Source: Ylistrum balloti
Lineage: Eukaryota
NCBI RefSeq assembly: GCF_031769215.1
Contig: NW_026781914.1
Location: 1 to 64,000 of the forward strand
Reading direction: 5' to 3'
DNA: 64,000 nt
Positions 13,434 to 25,433 of the stretch are shown here, piece after piece; within the stretch, counting starts at the first letter, position 1, and each line of letters opens with the position of its first letter. Below the pieces are notes generated by a model that saw only the letters and a program-made list of their open reading frames with translations, searched no databases and was not told the DNA's origin. Made by a program: the position numbers and the translations under genes.

Positions 13434-14330
13434 GGTAACGTTTCTATAGGTTAGTAGGGAAATATTGTGCAAGTCATGCAGTGTAACTTTATATATTCAA
13501 CCAAACTTTAATTTATTTGAGGCAATAAGCTACCCTGCTGCACCTGAAGCTGTGGTTGATGCTAAGAAGTGAGATTCCCTTAAAAAGTTAGCATCTCTTC
13601 AGTTCTAATGGTTGGCATTAAGTTCAGATTCTTGACAATTGAATCTGAGGGAAGGGATGTTGAATCAAAAGAAAATATCATATACTTTCTGGCTTAATCT
13701 AAATATACTGCACTGCTAAGTTTAATTGAGTATCTGAGCAAAGCTTAATAGTTAATTTCTTGCTGTAAAATGATGTGTTCTCATATCAACCATGCCAAAT
13801 TATCAGCATTAGTGAGAACCTGTACATTGAGATAGTCTACCAAAATCTTCAGCTACCACTGTCAGTCATACAGCGTCTGTGCCTGTTAAGTTAATCTGGC
13901 TGCTTTCTCTTTCCCATTGCAAATTGATATGAAAATTTGTCAACACACACTGTATTTCAATTCATGTAAATATCTGTAATATGTTTACAAGTAGATGCTT
14001 CAGTATATTCCTAACAGTATCTTTCATATCATTGATGTCCATATATAGTTGACAGAACTTTCTGCTCGGCCTTGGTGTTTAACAACTTCAGAAGTTAGGT
14101 TGCCTTTTCCCAGAAATCTCAACTGTTGTAACATCTACTTTCCCATACAAGTCAATCAATTTTTTATGGAGATACTCTCAGTCTATTTAAAGTTGTTCTT
14201 TTATATGAAGTAATTTTTTAATAGAAAGGTGAGTCACTTAAGGATATGGTACTGTTTAGTGTAGTAGTATTTGATAAATATTTCTTATACAAATCTGGCA
14301 TTTTCTTAAGCATAGCTAAGCTAAGTACAG

Positions 14331-14563
14331 AGTCAAATGGAAAAAAGGAGCTATATGCATGTCAGTGTGGTCAAATATATTCTAAAATATTGACAAGCTG
14401 CGAGATGTGGACAGTAGAATTGCTGTATATACACAATATTAGATGTACTAATGTCTTAAGATTGGCTAACATTTTTACTGGAACCCAATATGTAAGGTAC
14501 TACTTTAAATATCACAAAGCAATGTCGTCATATGGAATTTCATATTTAATAATGAAACTGTAA
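14331..14563 (+). pseudogene. Possible decayed zinc-finger terminal exon
   Basis: gtacag|AG at 14331 is phase 1 but has a weak pyrimidine tract. It reads ESNGKKELYACQCGQIY..., resembling the CxCG fingers of modules 3 and 4, but no complete finger follows. Confidence 0.3.
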
Positions 14564-14726
14564 TATACATGTATCCAACAAAGAATTGATTTTCTATAAG
14601 AACAACATCTTTATATATATTTATATATATGTAGAATCTAGTAAGTAATATCGACAATATGGTCCAATATTGGCACTGGATCTTAACAAGCAAATGTTCG
14701 TTGGATGTGTATTACTGGGAGAGACA

Positions 14727-15143
14727 TATTATCAATGAAGTAATAGCAACAGTAATTGTCAAATTTTCGAGGCCGCCTGCCCCTTTATCAAGACACAAAT
14801 ATTACATAAATTACATCACATACATAGAATTTAAAACAAATACAAGTTCATAAATCTAAATCGAGAGCAGTTTTGTAAATTAAGGTGCCTTGATAATCCC
14901 TTCAACCGATTGGACGCCGAAGGCCCTTTATAGTGAACAAATCGCCCATCGGCCGAAATGATTATCAAGACGCCTAAATTTACACAATTGCTCTTGATAT
15001 AGGTTTATAACCTTGTATTTATTTTATGTTCTATGTATGTGATGTAATTTATGTAATATTTTTGTCTTGATAAACAGACAGGTGGCCTCAAAAATTTGAC
15101 AATTCACTTGTCGATACTGTTGCTATTACTTCATTGGTTATAT
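14727..15143. mobile_element. Fold-back/MITE-like palindromic non-autonomous element (~415 bp)
   Basis: The left arm 14727-14899 (tcaatgaagtaatagcaacagt...aattgtcaaatttt...caagaca...cttgataatc) is the reverse complement of ~14960-15143, with scattered mismatches and a ~10-bp indel. The spacer is ~60 bp and the flanks are TA-rich. Confidence 0.75.
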
Positions 15144-15479
15144 ATATCTGTATATATATATGTAAAGAAGGACTATTTGTTAAGAAAAACACACATTGTA
15201 GCATGCAATTTTTAAGGAAATAACATTGAAATCAGTATACATACAACAACTTTCAGCAATCATATTTTGCAAATTTTAGTAGTATATTAAATACAAACTT
15301 CAGCTGGTCATAGGAAAAAGTTTTTGGAGACAAAGTTTGTCTTACAGCTTAGAAAATCATTGTCATATATATAGGAATTATCTTAGAATTATGGTTTTTG
15401 GAACATAGGAAAAGATGAAATAGAGTTTTTAAACTATACAGGAGAGTGAGAGAAATGACACGCTTTCTTTCTTTTACAG

Positions 15480-16213
15480 TGGGACAATATTCTTGTATGG
15501 GGGCAAGAAACAGAAACCCAGTCAGACCTGGATATTTAACAGAAACGGGAGGATGGGACAACACTGCCCAAAATTTATTGGATAATAAGTATAATTGGAA
15601 GGACTATTCTCAACCAGAAGCTGCCCCTGTACAAACTTTTGGACAGGTTTCACAGGGAAACTCAACATCACTACAGACAGGAGATAACATACAACCTGTC
15701 CAGTTGCAAAAAGAGCCTCCAGGGTCACAGTTAAAAAATATGTTGACTTCTTCACCGCATGCAGGAAATGTGTTAGTGAAAGGATCACTGAAGGGAAACA
15801 CATTATCAAAATTCCAGTGTTCTGGCAACGTGTCTACAATATCCAAGGCACCATATACAGGATATGTTCGTGCTAAAACACACACAGTTACAAAGTCATC
15901 ATGTGCATATTCTAGAAGTATTTTTCCTAAAACTAGTTTAGGAGAAAATCCAACAGACAGTGATTCTTATAAATGTAGAATTTGTGCAAAAGTGTTTAAT
16001 TCTTTCAAAGCCATGAATAGACATTTAAGAGTACATGACCAACACCGTTGTAAGCAGTGTAACCAAGGCTTTAAGAGTGACTTGCTTTTACAGAAACATA
16101 ACACTGACCATCATACATTTAAGTTTCCTTGTGCCTCATGTGGCAAACTCTTTGGACGCAAGTTCACACTCAAACGACATGAAATGTATACCTGTAAAGT
16201 TTCAACAGGATGA
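15480..16213 (+). CDS. Module 5: terminal exon with three zinc fingers (C2H2, C2H2, C2HC)
   Basis: ctttctttcttttacag|TG at 15480 (phase 1). Fingers: YKCRICAKVF...RHLRVH, HRCKQCNQGF...KHNTDHH, FPCASCGKLF...RHEMYTC. TGA at 16211-16213. Confidence 0.88.
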
Positions 16214-17324
16214 TAGTGTGACGGATGTTTTATAGGTCTCTTGCATTTTGTCTACCTCTGTGATCCCTTCAGTAGCATAGAGTATCTGTCCAATATGAAG
16301 TTTTATTACAGTACAGCAAATCTGTCTTTGATAAATATCAGTCATGACTGCAGAAGTAGGACCTATCACAATTACAACTTATTTACTAATGCAGTTAGGA
16401 AGCTGTAGATTAATTGAAACACATCTTTGTGGTAGTAACATTACATTGTAATGTTATACTTGTCAAATAAGGGTACATGTATGTAGATAATTATTCGTAG
16501 CTTTTATTATAAATGTGTTCAAGACTGAGCAGATATTTCACAACTTTTTTTCTTTAAGATCATTTCTTGCCGTGTTATTTTATCGGTGTGTTTAATTATT
16601 AGTATTTATTGTTTTTTTTCTCAGGAAGAATTTTAATTGCAGACCTTTTATGCTGTTAGCTTACAAACTATACAGTTAAACCTAGGAACTATGTTACAGA
16701 TCCTGACTGTATTGTGAGTCCCACTAGTTGTACCAGATGTAAACTATTATTGTTAGATCTATATATGAAGTTCTAGTCTACTAATAATTATTGTGATTTA
16801 TGTTAATTATTTTTAATAAGTACGCGCATGACTATCTCAACACAATTGGTTAAAATGCATTTACAAGCTGTACAACAATGGCTTTCAGACTTTAATTGTG
16901 ATGTCACATACTAAATAATGATCCAATGTTACAATGCCTCAATAGTTTTGTAAATTCAGTTTTTTTCTTTTCTCTTTTTTTTTTATTATTACATTGTAAT
17001 GAATTTATGTTCGTATGTGTTGTGCTGTGTTATACAAATGTACCATGATTTCACACTACATAAATGTTTTAAAAGAAAGAGTCTTGCTTGTTGATTATCT
17101 GCTAGTGGATAGCAAGCTATCTTATCCTAGTACGGAGGATAATTGTATTCCTGTCTAAATGGGATGTGTATTGGACATAGTTTGCCGACCAGTTTATTTA
17201 GGTTATACAGATTAAAGGGAAAAAGAGTTTGCTGACCAGTTTATTCAGGTTATACAGATTAAAGGGGGACAACTTTCTAGTTACCAACTTGTGATTACTT
17301 ATGTATTGGTTCGTTGGTCTACGT

Positions 17325-18086
17325 TGTGTCCTTGTCTACATCACACAGGCGTCATCTGATTGGTTTGTTGTGTCCTTGTCTACATCACACAGACGTGATC
17401 ATATTGGTTTGTTGTGTCCTTGTCTACATCACACAGGTGTGATCTTATTGGTTTGTTGTGTCCTTGTCTACATCACACAGGTGTGATTTGATTGGTTTGT
17501 TGTGTCCTTGTCTACATCACACAGGTGTGATCTGATTGGTTTGTTGTGTCCTTGTCTACATCACACAGGTGTGATCTTATTGGTGGGTGTCCTTGTCTAC
17601 ATCACACAGGTGTCATCTGATTGGTTTGTTGTGTCCTTGTCTACATCACACAGGTGTGATCTTATTGGTGGGTGTCCTTGTCTACATCACACAGGTGTGA
17701 TCTTATTGGTGGGTGTCCATGTCTACATCACACAGGCGTCATCTGATTGGTTTGTTGTGTCCGTGTCTACATCTCAAAGGTGTGATCATATTGGTGGGTA
17801 TCCTTGTCTACATCACACAGGTGTGATTTGATTGGTTTGTTGTGTCCTTGTCTACATCACACAGGTGTGATCTTATTGGTTTGTTGTGTCCTTGTCTACA
17901 TCACAAAGGTGTGAACTTATCGGTAGATGTCCCTGTCTACATCACACAGACATGATCATATTGGTTTGTTGTGTCCTTGTCTACATCACACAGGTGTGAT
18001 CTTATTGGTGGATGTCATTGTCTACATAACACAGGTGTGATCTGATTGGTTTGTTGTGTCCTTGTCTACATCACACAGGCGTGATC
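17325..18086. repeat. 44/41-bp minisatellite, ~17-18 copies
   Basis: Unit tgtgtccttgtctacatcacacaggtgtgatcttattggtttgt, with a 41-bp ...ttggtgggtgtcc variant. Internal hairpin atcacac-ag-gtgtgat. Confidence 0.95.
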
Positions 18087-19464
18087 ATTGTATTATTTGA
18101 AATGAAAACTCTACAGTGGAATGTGTGTTTCACTTTGCCTTACAGAACATTCATATTGCTCTTGCGTCAGGTTGTCAACTTTAATATGTACTATATCTCA
18201 TATATATCAAATGGTGACATACCTCACATTTCTTCTCATGTTTTCCAGTATGCCAGAAGTATAAGTGATATTAAAAAATAATATTTGATGAATCCAAGCA
18301 AAACAGTGTCATGATTCAAATTAGGAGAAATATAAAACTGAATGTTTTACAGAATATGTCTTAAAAGTTGTCTAGTTGCTGGGTATGTTGATTTTTGAAG
18401 GAATGCCATTAATGTATATGTGTACTAATACATGTGTAGGTAATTCATAGATTTAGGCGATTCTTTATTCTGTTGAAGGCTTATAATTAAATCAACACAT
18501 ATATCTATGTGGAGCCCCTGTTAACCTATTAAGTCAAGTGGTTGGGACTGATTAAAGTCAGAATTACACATGTACATTTAATATATTTTAAATATACTTC
18601 AAATATATTTCACCATCAGGATATTCCATGTAAATGAACGTAACAAAAAACTTGTAATTATTGGTTTAAATATGTCACAAGTTGTACCAACTTCTGTGCA
18701 CCACATGTAGCAGCATACAAGGGTTATATACCTGAAAAAGAAAGCTTTGTTTAAAATGCTGCATTGTGCTGGTATACATCGGTAGCTATTAAAAGCTGAC
18801 AGGTATATTTCCTTACTAAACAAAATCAGCTGAACTTAAATTTACATGCAGAACATGATTACTGTAATGTATATCAAAAATGTATGATTTGATGACAATG
18901 CGTATTGTTATTATACAATTAATGGACAGTGATGTTGAAATACAACAAGTTAGTAATGAAAACTGCACAACATGTTTTATTCTACAACAGTGTTGTGTTT
19001 GCATTTGGATTTCATAGAAGACATATCAAAGCATTTAAAAATTCCATGCCTGGAGTATCAATTTCAAACTCTACAGTATGCTGTCTATTATATGTTAATT
19101 GTCATGTCATTGCACCAATTTTACCACAACAAATGTATTAGGGTCATGGTCATTATCTAGTAGTAGACATGTGGTATACTTGTAATGCTTCAGAAAAATA
19201 AATATGTTTTCAAGGTCCCAGGAAACACTTGTTAAACTCTGAAGCAAGATCATTTGAAAAAAACCAATTGAAATTATTTTTGCAGCGTAGCTTACAGTAA
19301 AATTGCTCTGTACCAGGTTGAAAATATTGTTCATAAACACTCTGTATACAGATGTAAAGATTGAGAGTCAAATGATTCTGGACCGATTTGTACAGCTATT
19401 GATAAAGAAGAGTCCTGTGGTAGATTAAGTGAAAGTTTATTGTTGTTATTGTGTTTAATTATAG

Positions 19465-20585
19465 GCACCCAGAAGCGTTTCGCAGAAACAACCAATGAAG
19501 AAACATCTTACAAACGTTTGAAAATTCCCAAGGCAGACAATACTCTAAAAGCTAATAGGAAGGCTTCTGTCGTATTTCGTGACTATTTGCGGGAAAAGGG
19601 GCAGGAGACAGACTTTGAACAGCAAAGTGTTGCTCAACTTTGCAAACATCTAGGACATTTCTACATGGATGCTCGTAAACATGATGGAACTCACTACAAA
19701 ACCTCTTCACTGGAGCAATTCCGATACTCCCTTAACAGGTACTTACGAAGCCCCCCTTTCAACAAGCAATATGACATAATCAAAGATTGTGAATTTTCTG
19801 AAGCAAACGTCAATTTCAAAGCAGTCATGAATGAATTGAAGCGTATGGGGAAAGGCGAGACGGAACATTATCCAGTTATTACAAAGGCTGATAGGCACAC
19901 AATTTATTCATCTCAGCATCTTAATGTCAACACGCCTGTCGGTCTTTACAACAAGGTCCAGTTTGACATTCGTTTGTATTTCAGTAGACGAAGCACAGAA
20001 AACATGCACAAGATGACAAAGTCAACATTTGAGATTGTGACAGACTTTGAGACAGGTTTGAGGTATGTGAGAAAAGCTGACGAAATGTTTAAGAATCTAC
20101 ACAGTCATGACAAAGATGTGTTATCATGTAACTATATGCCAGAATCACCTGGCTCACCATTTTGTCCTGTGGCATCGTTCGAGTCTTACATTTGCAAATT
20201 GAACCCGCAGTGTGAAAGGTTGTGGCAAAGACCGAATAGGGAAAGTTCAGCAGATAGTGTTTGGTATTACAACAGCCCAGTTGGAGAGAAGAAACTTGCA
20301 GTTTTTATGTCAGAGCTCAGTAAAGCCTGTAAGCTTTCATGTGTGTATACCAACTATTCCATCAGAGCCACTGGCAGTGCCATACTCTCAAAAAACATGT
20401 TTGATGCAGCTCAGATCATGTCCATCACTGGTCACCAGTCAGATCTTCCGCAGTCCATTTATCAAAGACCAGAGGGCCAGAGAAAGTGTAGGACAGGACA
20501 ATCACCACCAGATAATGTGGAACTGCAATGCATCAAGCTTGAATCAGATGGAGACTTAGAAAACATACTGCATGTACATCACTGA
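19465..20585 (+). CDS. Module 6: terminal exon encoding a Crypton-type tyrosine recombinase-like (DUF3504; KCTD1/15, ZMYM, KIAA1958-related) domain, ~373 aa
   Basis: gtgtttaattatag|GC at 19465 (phase 1); uninterrupted ORF. Family motifs: FYMDARKHDGTHYKTSSL, RYSLNRYL, NTPVGLYNKVQFDIRLYFSRRSTEN, CPVASFESYICKL, LWQRP, WYYNSPVGEKKL, YTNYSIRAT, IMSITGHQS..IY. The first Met is ~65 codons in. Confidence 0.9.
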
Positions 20586-23559
20586 CTTAGGAAAGTCACT
20601 ATGAACATATTGGATGGTATTGGTGTTTTCTTAAAGCCTTCAACTTCATTTGTTGCATAGGTTAGTGTCATATTTAAACATGTTTTATTAACCTGTTCGT
20701 TAGCATGGTTTTTACCCAATGGTTTTGCTCTTTTTTACACAAAAGTTTGTGGTTCAATGATTGACTGTAACCATGGTAACATCTCTACATTCACCCTTGC
20801 CACACTGCTGGCTGCAATGTTATAACACTGTAGTAGTTGTTGAATACCATCGAATGACCATTATTAGGATATTAAACAAGGAGGCTGTGTGTACAAATTC
20901 CCTTTTTGTTAATAGAAAATTATATTATTAAACCATGTATCCAATGCTGCATGTTTTGAAATTGTTTCACTAACCATTGGAAAATCATCTGAAAAGACTT
21001 CAGATTGTCATGGTTGACTTTTAGTGCATTTATATAAATGGAAACAAAAAATATTTCTATTTTTCTGCATAAGATCTGTATCAGTATAAGAACTTGTTAG
21101 ATTAATGAATTCACACTGACTTTTGTGAACAAAAATAGTTCTTCACCAATCTGGTTAATATAGGTCATACATAAATTTCAGTTATATCATTCTTTAATGA
21201 CTTGTTTCTCCTTGATTGAATCTGTCCTCATTGTATTGTTGATTCACATTTGTTTCCACACAAGGATTTATTGGAGAACATTGGAAATATTTCTTGAAAT
21301 AATCCTGATTTACAATTAGGATATTACTGAGTATTTGCACTTTAAATTGTATGTTAGTAAGTATTGGGTATGATTTCATCTTACAACATATACATCGATG
21401 GAATATTCAGTTTGCATTACTGTTTTCAGTGATATTCTTTTTTTCATAATGTCACTATGGCAATTACATTGGATGAACATCACCATCTTTTCTCATTTTT
21501 AAACTTTATCTTTTAATATTCAACAATCGTAAACTGAATTCCTGGAGATTGACAAGAGAAACGATAAACATGTGTTCATTTTTCATACATCTTAGTCTTT
21601 ATCTCTTACTCAGTATTAGTTTGGTACATCTCTGGACTAAAAAAAAATATGGGAATTCTACCAGCTTGGCGATAAGTATATGGTGTATTATCCTCTGATA
21701 AGGAAGGAGTTAATCATGTAGCCTTGCACTGACATATACTTATGTTGTTTCTGTTGATACAAAATGGTATTTATGATTAATTGCACCAGGTCAGAAGATA
21801 CACTTTTTACGATGAATCATCATTGGGAAATGTGTGTACTTAATTTACTCTCTGACTACTTCTATGACACAAGTACATCCTTAAATTCAATTTCTGTCAG
21901 CGGTAGATATCACAGTGTACTGTTACTTTAGGACTGTCTCTGTGAGCAATAGAGAAAAAAACATGGCTTCCTATCTGACGCTCACAAGAATGTGAGTGTG
22001 TTAATTTGATCCATAGTGGTACATCCACTTTAATACTGATCTATATTAAGATAAAAGTGACAGTACAGATGATGCTGGTCACCTAAATATCTGTGATTCC
22101 TTAAATTGTGCACATTGTTTTTTGTTTTAATGTATGACTGCCTGTACAAAGTTTTTTATAGCCTATTTCATAATAACACTGTTGAGAGCACTGTGATCTA
22201 GGTTTATTGGCCAATTCCATGATTGTCAAAAGATAATAGTTGAGGATAACTTTTAAACTCAAAGCAACAATCTTAGAGAAAATGATTGTTTTATAGTTTG
22301 GTGATCAACTTAAAAAACTTAAACATGAGTAGAGTTGTTATACCTTAATTATTCTGTGATAGTTCCTGGTGGCCAACATTACTTCAAAATCAGAGGGAAG
22401 CTGAATGAAGAGGTATTTGTCATCAGATACAATGAATAGTAAACTAATTTTAGGTGGGCTTATTAACAGCCATGGGCATATTGACTGATACATATGGTAG
22501 TGTATCTTATAGACAAGGAATTTTACACATTTAATATCCTTTTGTTATCTTTACTTCACCAGTATGCTGTATAGTGAACTAAATATATTTACTTAGCAGA
22601 TGTGACAGATGCTGCTCTTTAAGCTAGGCTACATGTTGTTTGATGTAGTTTGTGACAACTACCGATACATTCATAAAGATAGGCTATGTATTGTTTCACA
22701 TTATTATGTGATGTACTTGTTAACTACTGGTATATTTATAAGGTCACCTTGATGGTTTTTATTGTGTTCCCTATTAGTATGTTGCTTGGTTTCATTAAAG
22801 CTACAGTACATGTCACCTGTGCTTTTCCTGACCACAGAGAAGGCTAACTGCCTCTGTCTACAATAAAAAACTATCATGTGACCACTTTCTTCTCGTTTTC
22901 CTTATACACACCTTTATGGTTGTAAGTGGTAATATCATTACTCATTAGAAACACGACTTATTGCCAGTGCTGCATCCAACATATTTATATCATAACATTT
23001 TGCATACACAAGTTATCTGTAAATCTAAATTATCATGCTTCACATACTTATACATGTACCAAGGACAATGCAAATATATAACTCTTGGCATGTGAGGCTT
23101 GCATTCCTCAGCTTGGGACTCCACAATATGGCTCGTAATTGTAAAGGAGCCTTGCATATGGAAAATATTGATATCTACTAGAATTGCTTTGCTTTGTTTC
23201 ACTCTACTGTTATGGTATAGCAATACTTGGCTTGACAGTCTATGGAGGCTGAGAATGGCAGAAATGGCCATATGGTGAAGCATACCTGTATATAATTTTA
23301 AGATTGTTTTAGTTTCTTTCCTCTTCCAATTTATCAATTTCAATTCACAGTATCATTAGAATTTGGTGAAGAATGTTTAAAAACTGTTTGATATTTATTG
23401 TCTTCCATTGGATTTTAATTCTTATTCCTGGAAAACTGTCCGTTTTTTCTATATTTCATAGTAGAATCATCATTCCTTTCCCTATGATAACATCTCTCCA
23501 ATTTCTTCCAACCATCTCAGCAATTGGATCCAGGTACATTAAAAGTTTTTCTAAGGCTA

Positions 23560-24240
23560 GGGATGTGATTTGTGTCAGAAAGGCTGAGAGTATGTTTCTA
23601 TTCACATAGGGAAGGGATGTGATGGAAGTCAGGTAGGCTAGGGTTATGGCTCTTGTCATATAGGCCAGGGATGTAGGTCTAGTCGAATAGGCGAGGGATG
23701 TGGTTCTAGTCGGATAGGCAAGGGATGTGGTTCTAGTCAGGCCAGGGATGTGGTTCTAGTCAGGCCAGGGATGGAGGTCTAGTCGGATAGGCAAGGGATG
23801 TGGTTCTAGTCAGGCCAGGAATGTGGTTCTAGACAGATAGGCTAGGGATGTAGGTCTAGTCGGATAGCCTAGGGATGTGGTTCTAGTCAGGCCAGGGATG
23901 TGGTTCTAGACAGGTAGGCTAGGAATGTTGTTCTAGTCGGATAGGCAAGGGATGTGGTTCTATTCGGATAGGCAAGGGATGTGGTTCTAGTCAGGCCAGG
24001 GATGTGGTTCTAGACAGATAGGCTAGGGATGTAGGTCTAGTCGGATAGCCTAGGGATGTGGTTCTAGTCAGGCCAGGGATGTGGTTCTACTCTGATAGAC
24101 CAGGGACGTGGTTCTAGTCACAATGGCTAGGGGTGTGGTTCTTGTCAGATAGGCCAAGGATGTGGTTCTAGTTAGATAGGCAAGGAGTGTTGTTTTAGTC
24201 TGAAAAACTGGAGGTGTGATAGTCCAGGGATGTGATTGTA
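23560..24240. repeat. Variable 21/27-bp minisatellite
   Basis: Core agggatgtggttctagtc followed by (ggatagg)c(a/c)a; more than 20 imperfect units. Confidence 0.9.
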
Positions 24241-25089
24241 GTCTGAAAGGCCAGGGGTATAGTTCAAGATCAGATGTCTTGGAATATACATAAAATATTG
24301 GAGAAGGCAATACAGGGAAATTTGCTACAAACCAAGAGATCAGCAAATCTCAAATGAAAAAATAAAAGAAGCCCAGATTTTGGAAGAGAGCTTAACTAAG
24401 CTATCCCTTGCCAGTTGAGTGTGGCAGGAGTATAAAAACTCTGATAACAAAATGATTACATTGGAAACACCACTTTTCATACTTATACTTAATGAATTAT
24501 TTATATCATGCTTAAGATCAATATTGAAATTCTCTTGGAGGTTGATTTAACAAACTTTGTGTTTGTTTTGTAACTTTAAAAAAAGATAATTAATGAAAGA
24601 AAAAGAAATATGTTCCAACCATGTGTTGGTGTAACCTGTCTACCACAATGAAAAAGCTATTTTTTAATTGAATAGACCTGTTCTGTACCAATCTCTGTTT
24701 TGTTAACATCAGTCAGGTTTACTTCCTTTAAAGCAATAAATTGTTGGCAATCCACATCACATTACTTCACAAACCATTGTGAACTGCTTATTGTGCACTT
24801 AAATATCAGTTTGTGCATGAAGCATCAACCAATCAAAAAGGCTGGAAGGTCATATACCAAAAGTGGTATATATCATAAATTTATCCCACTGACAGCTTGT
24901 TAACACAATGGTCTCAGAGTGAAATAACACAAGGTATTGTGGTAAAAAAATGAGTACCCCTCTGATGATAGATAGAAGACATAAGTTGTCAGCTTGGTAC
25001 CAAATTACAAAACAATCTACTAGAATCTTCATTAAAAATGTGGAAATTGATAACTACGTTTTCTTTAAAGTTATTTTTATTGATTACAG

Positions 25090-25433
25090 ACGTTATGTTT
25101 ATGAAGACTTGCACACCTGAGACATTCCTCATTAAAGAAAGTATCAATCAGATGTATAACACCAGCCACCAGCTAGACCTCAGCTTCCAGGAAAACTCTC
25201 CTAAATCAAAAAAACGTCACTTCTGTCCCGAGTGTGACTTTGTAACAGACCGACACTACAGTCTGAAGAGACACATGATAATGCACAACCAACAGTATTT
25301 TGTATGTAGTCTCTGTGGAGCAAGATTCAACGAAAACTGCAAGCTGAGAAAACATGTACAGATAACACACAAGGACCTACCACCTATCCAAACTACAACC
25401 ACTCCACAGCATTTCAACAGTGGGGCAGGTTAA
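25090..25433 (+). CDS. Module 7: terminal exon with two C2H2 fingers
   Basis: tttttattgattacag|AC at 25090 (phase 1). Fingers: HFCPECDFVTDRHYSLKRHMIMH, FVCSLCGARFNENCKLRKHVQITH. TAA at 25431-25433. Confidence 0.85.

Noticed and set aside
18880-19160. Finger-like fragments (CTTC, KHLKI) before module 6
   Set aside because: Scattered over different frames with stops; indistinguishable from chance.
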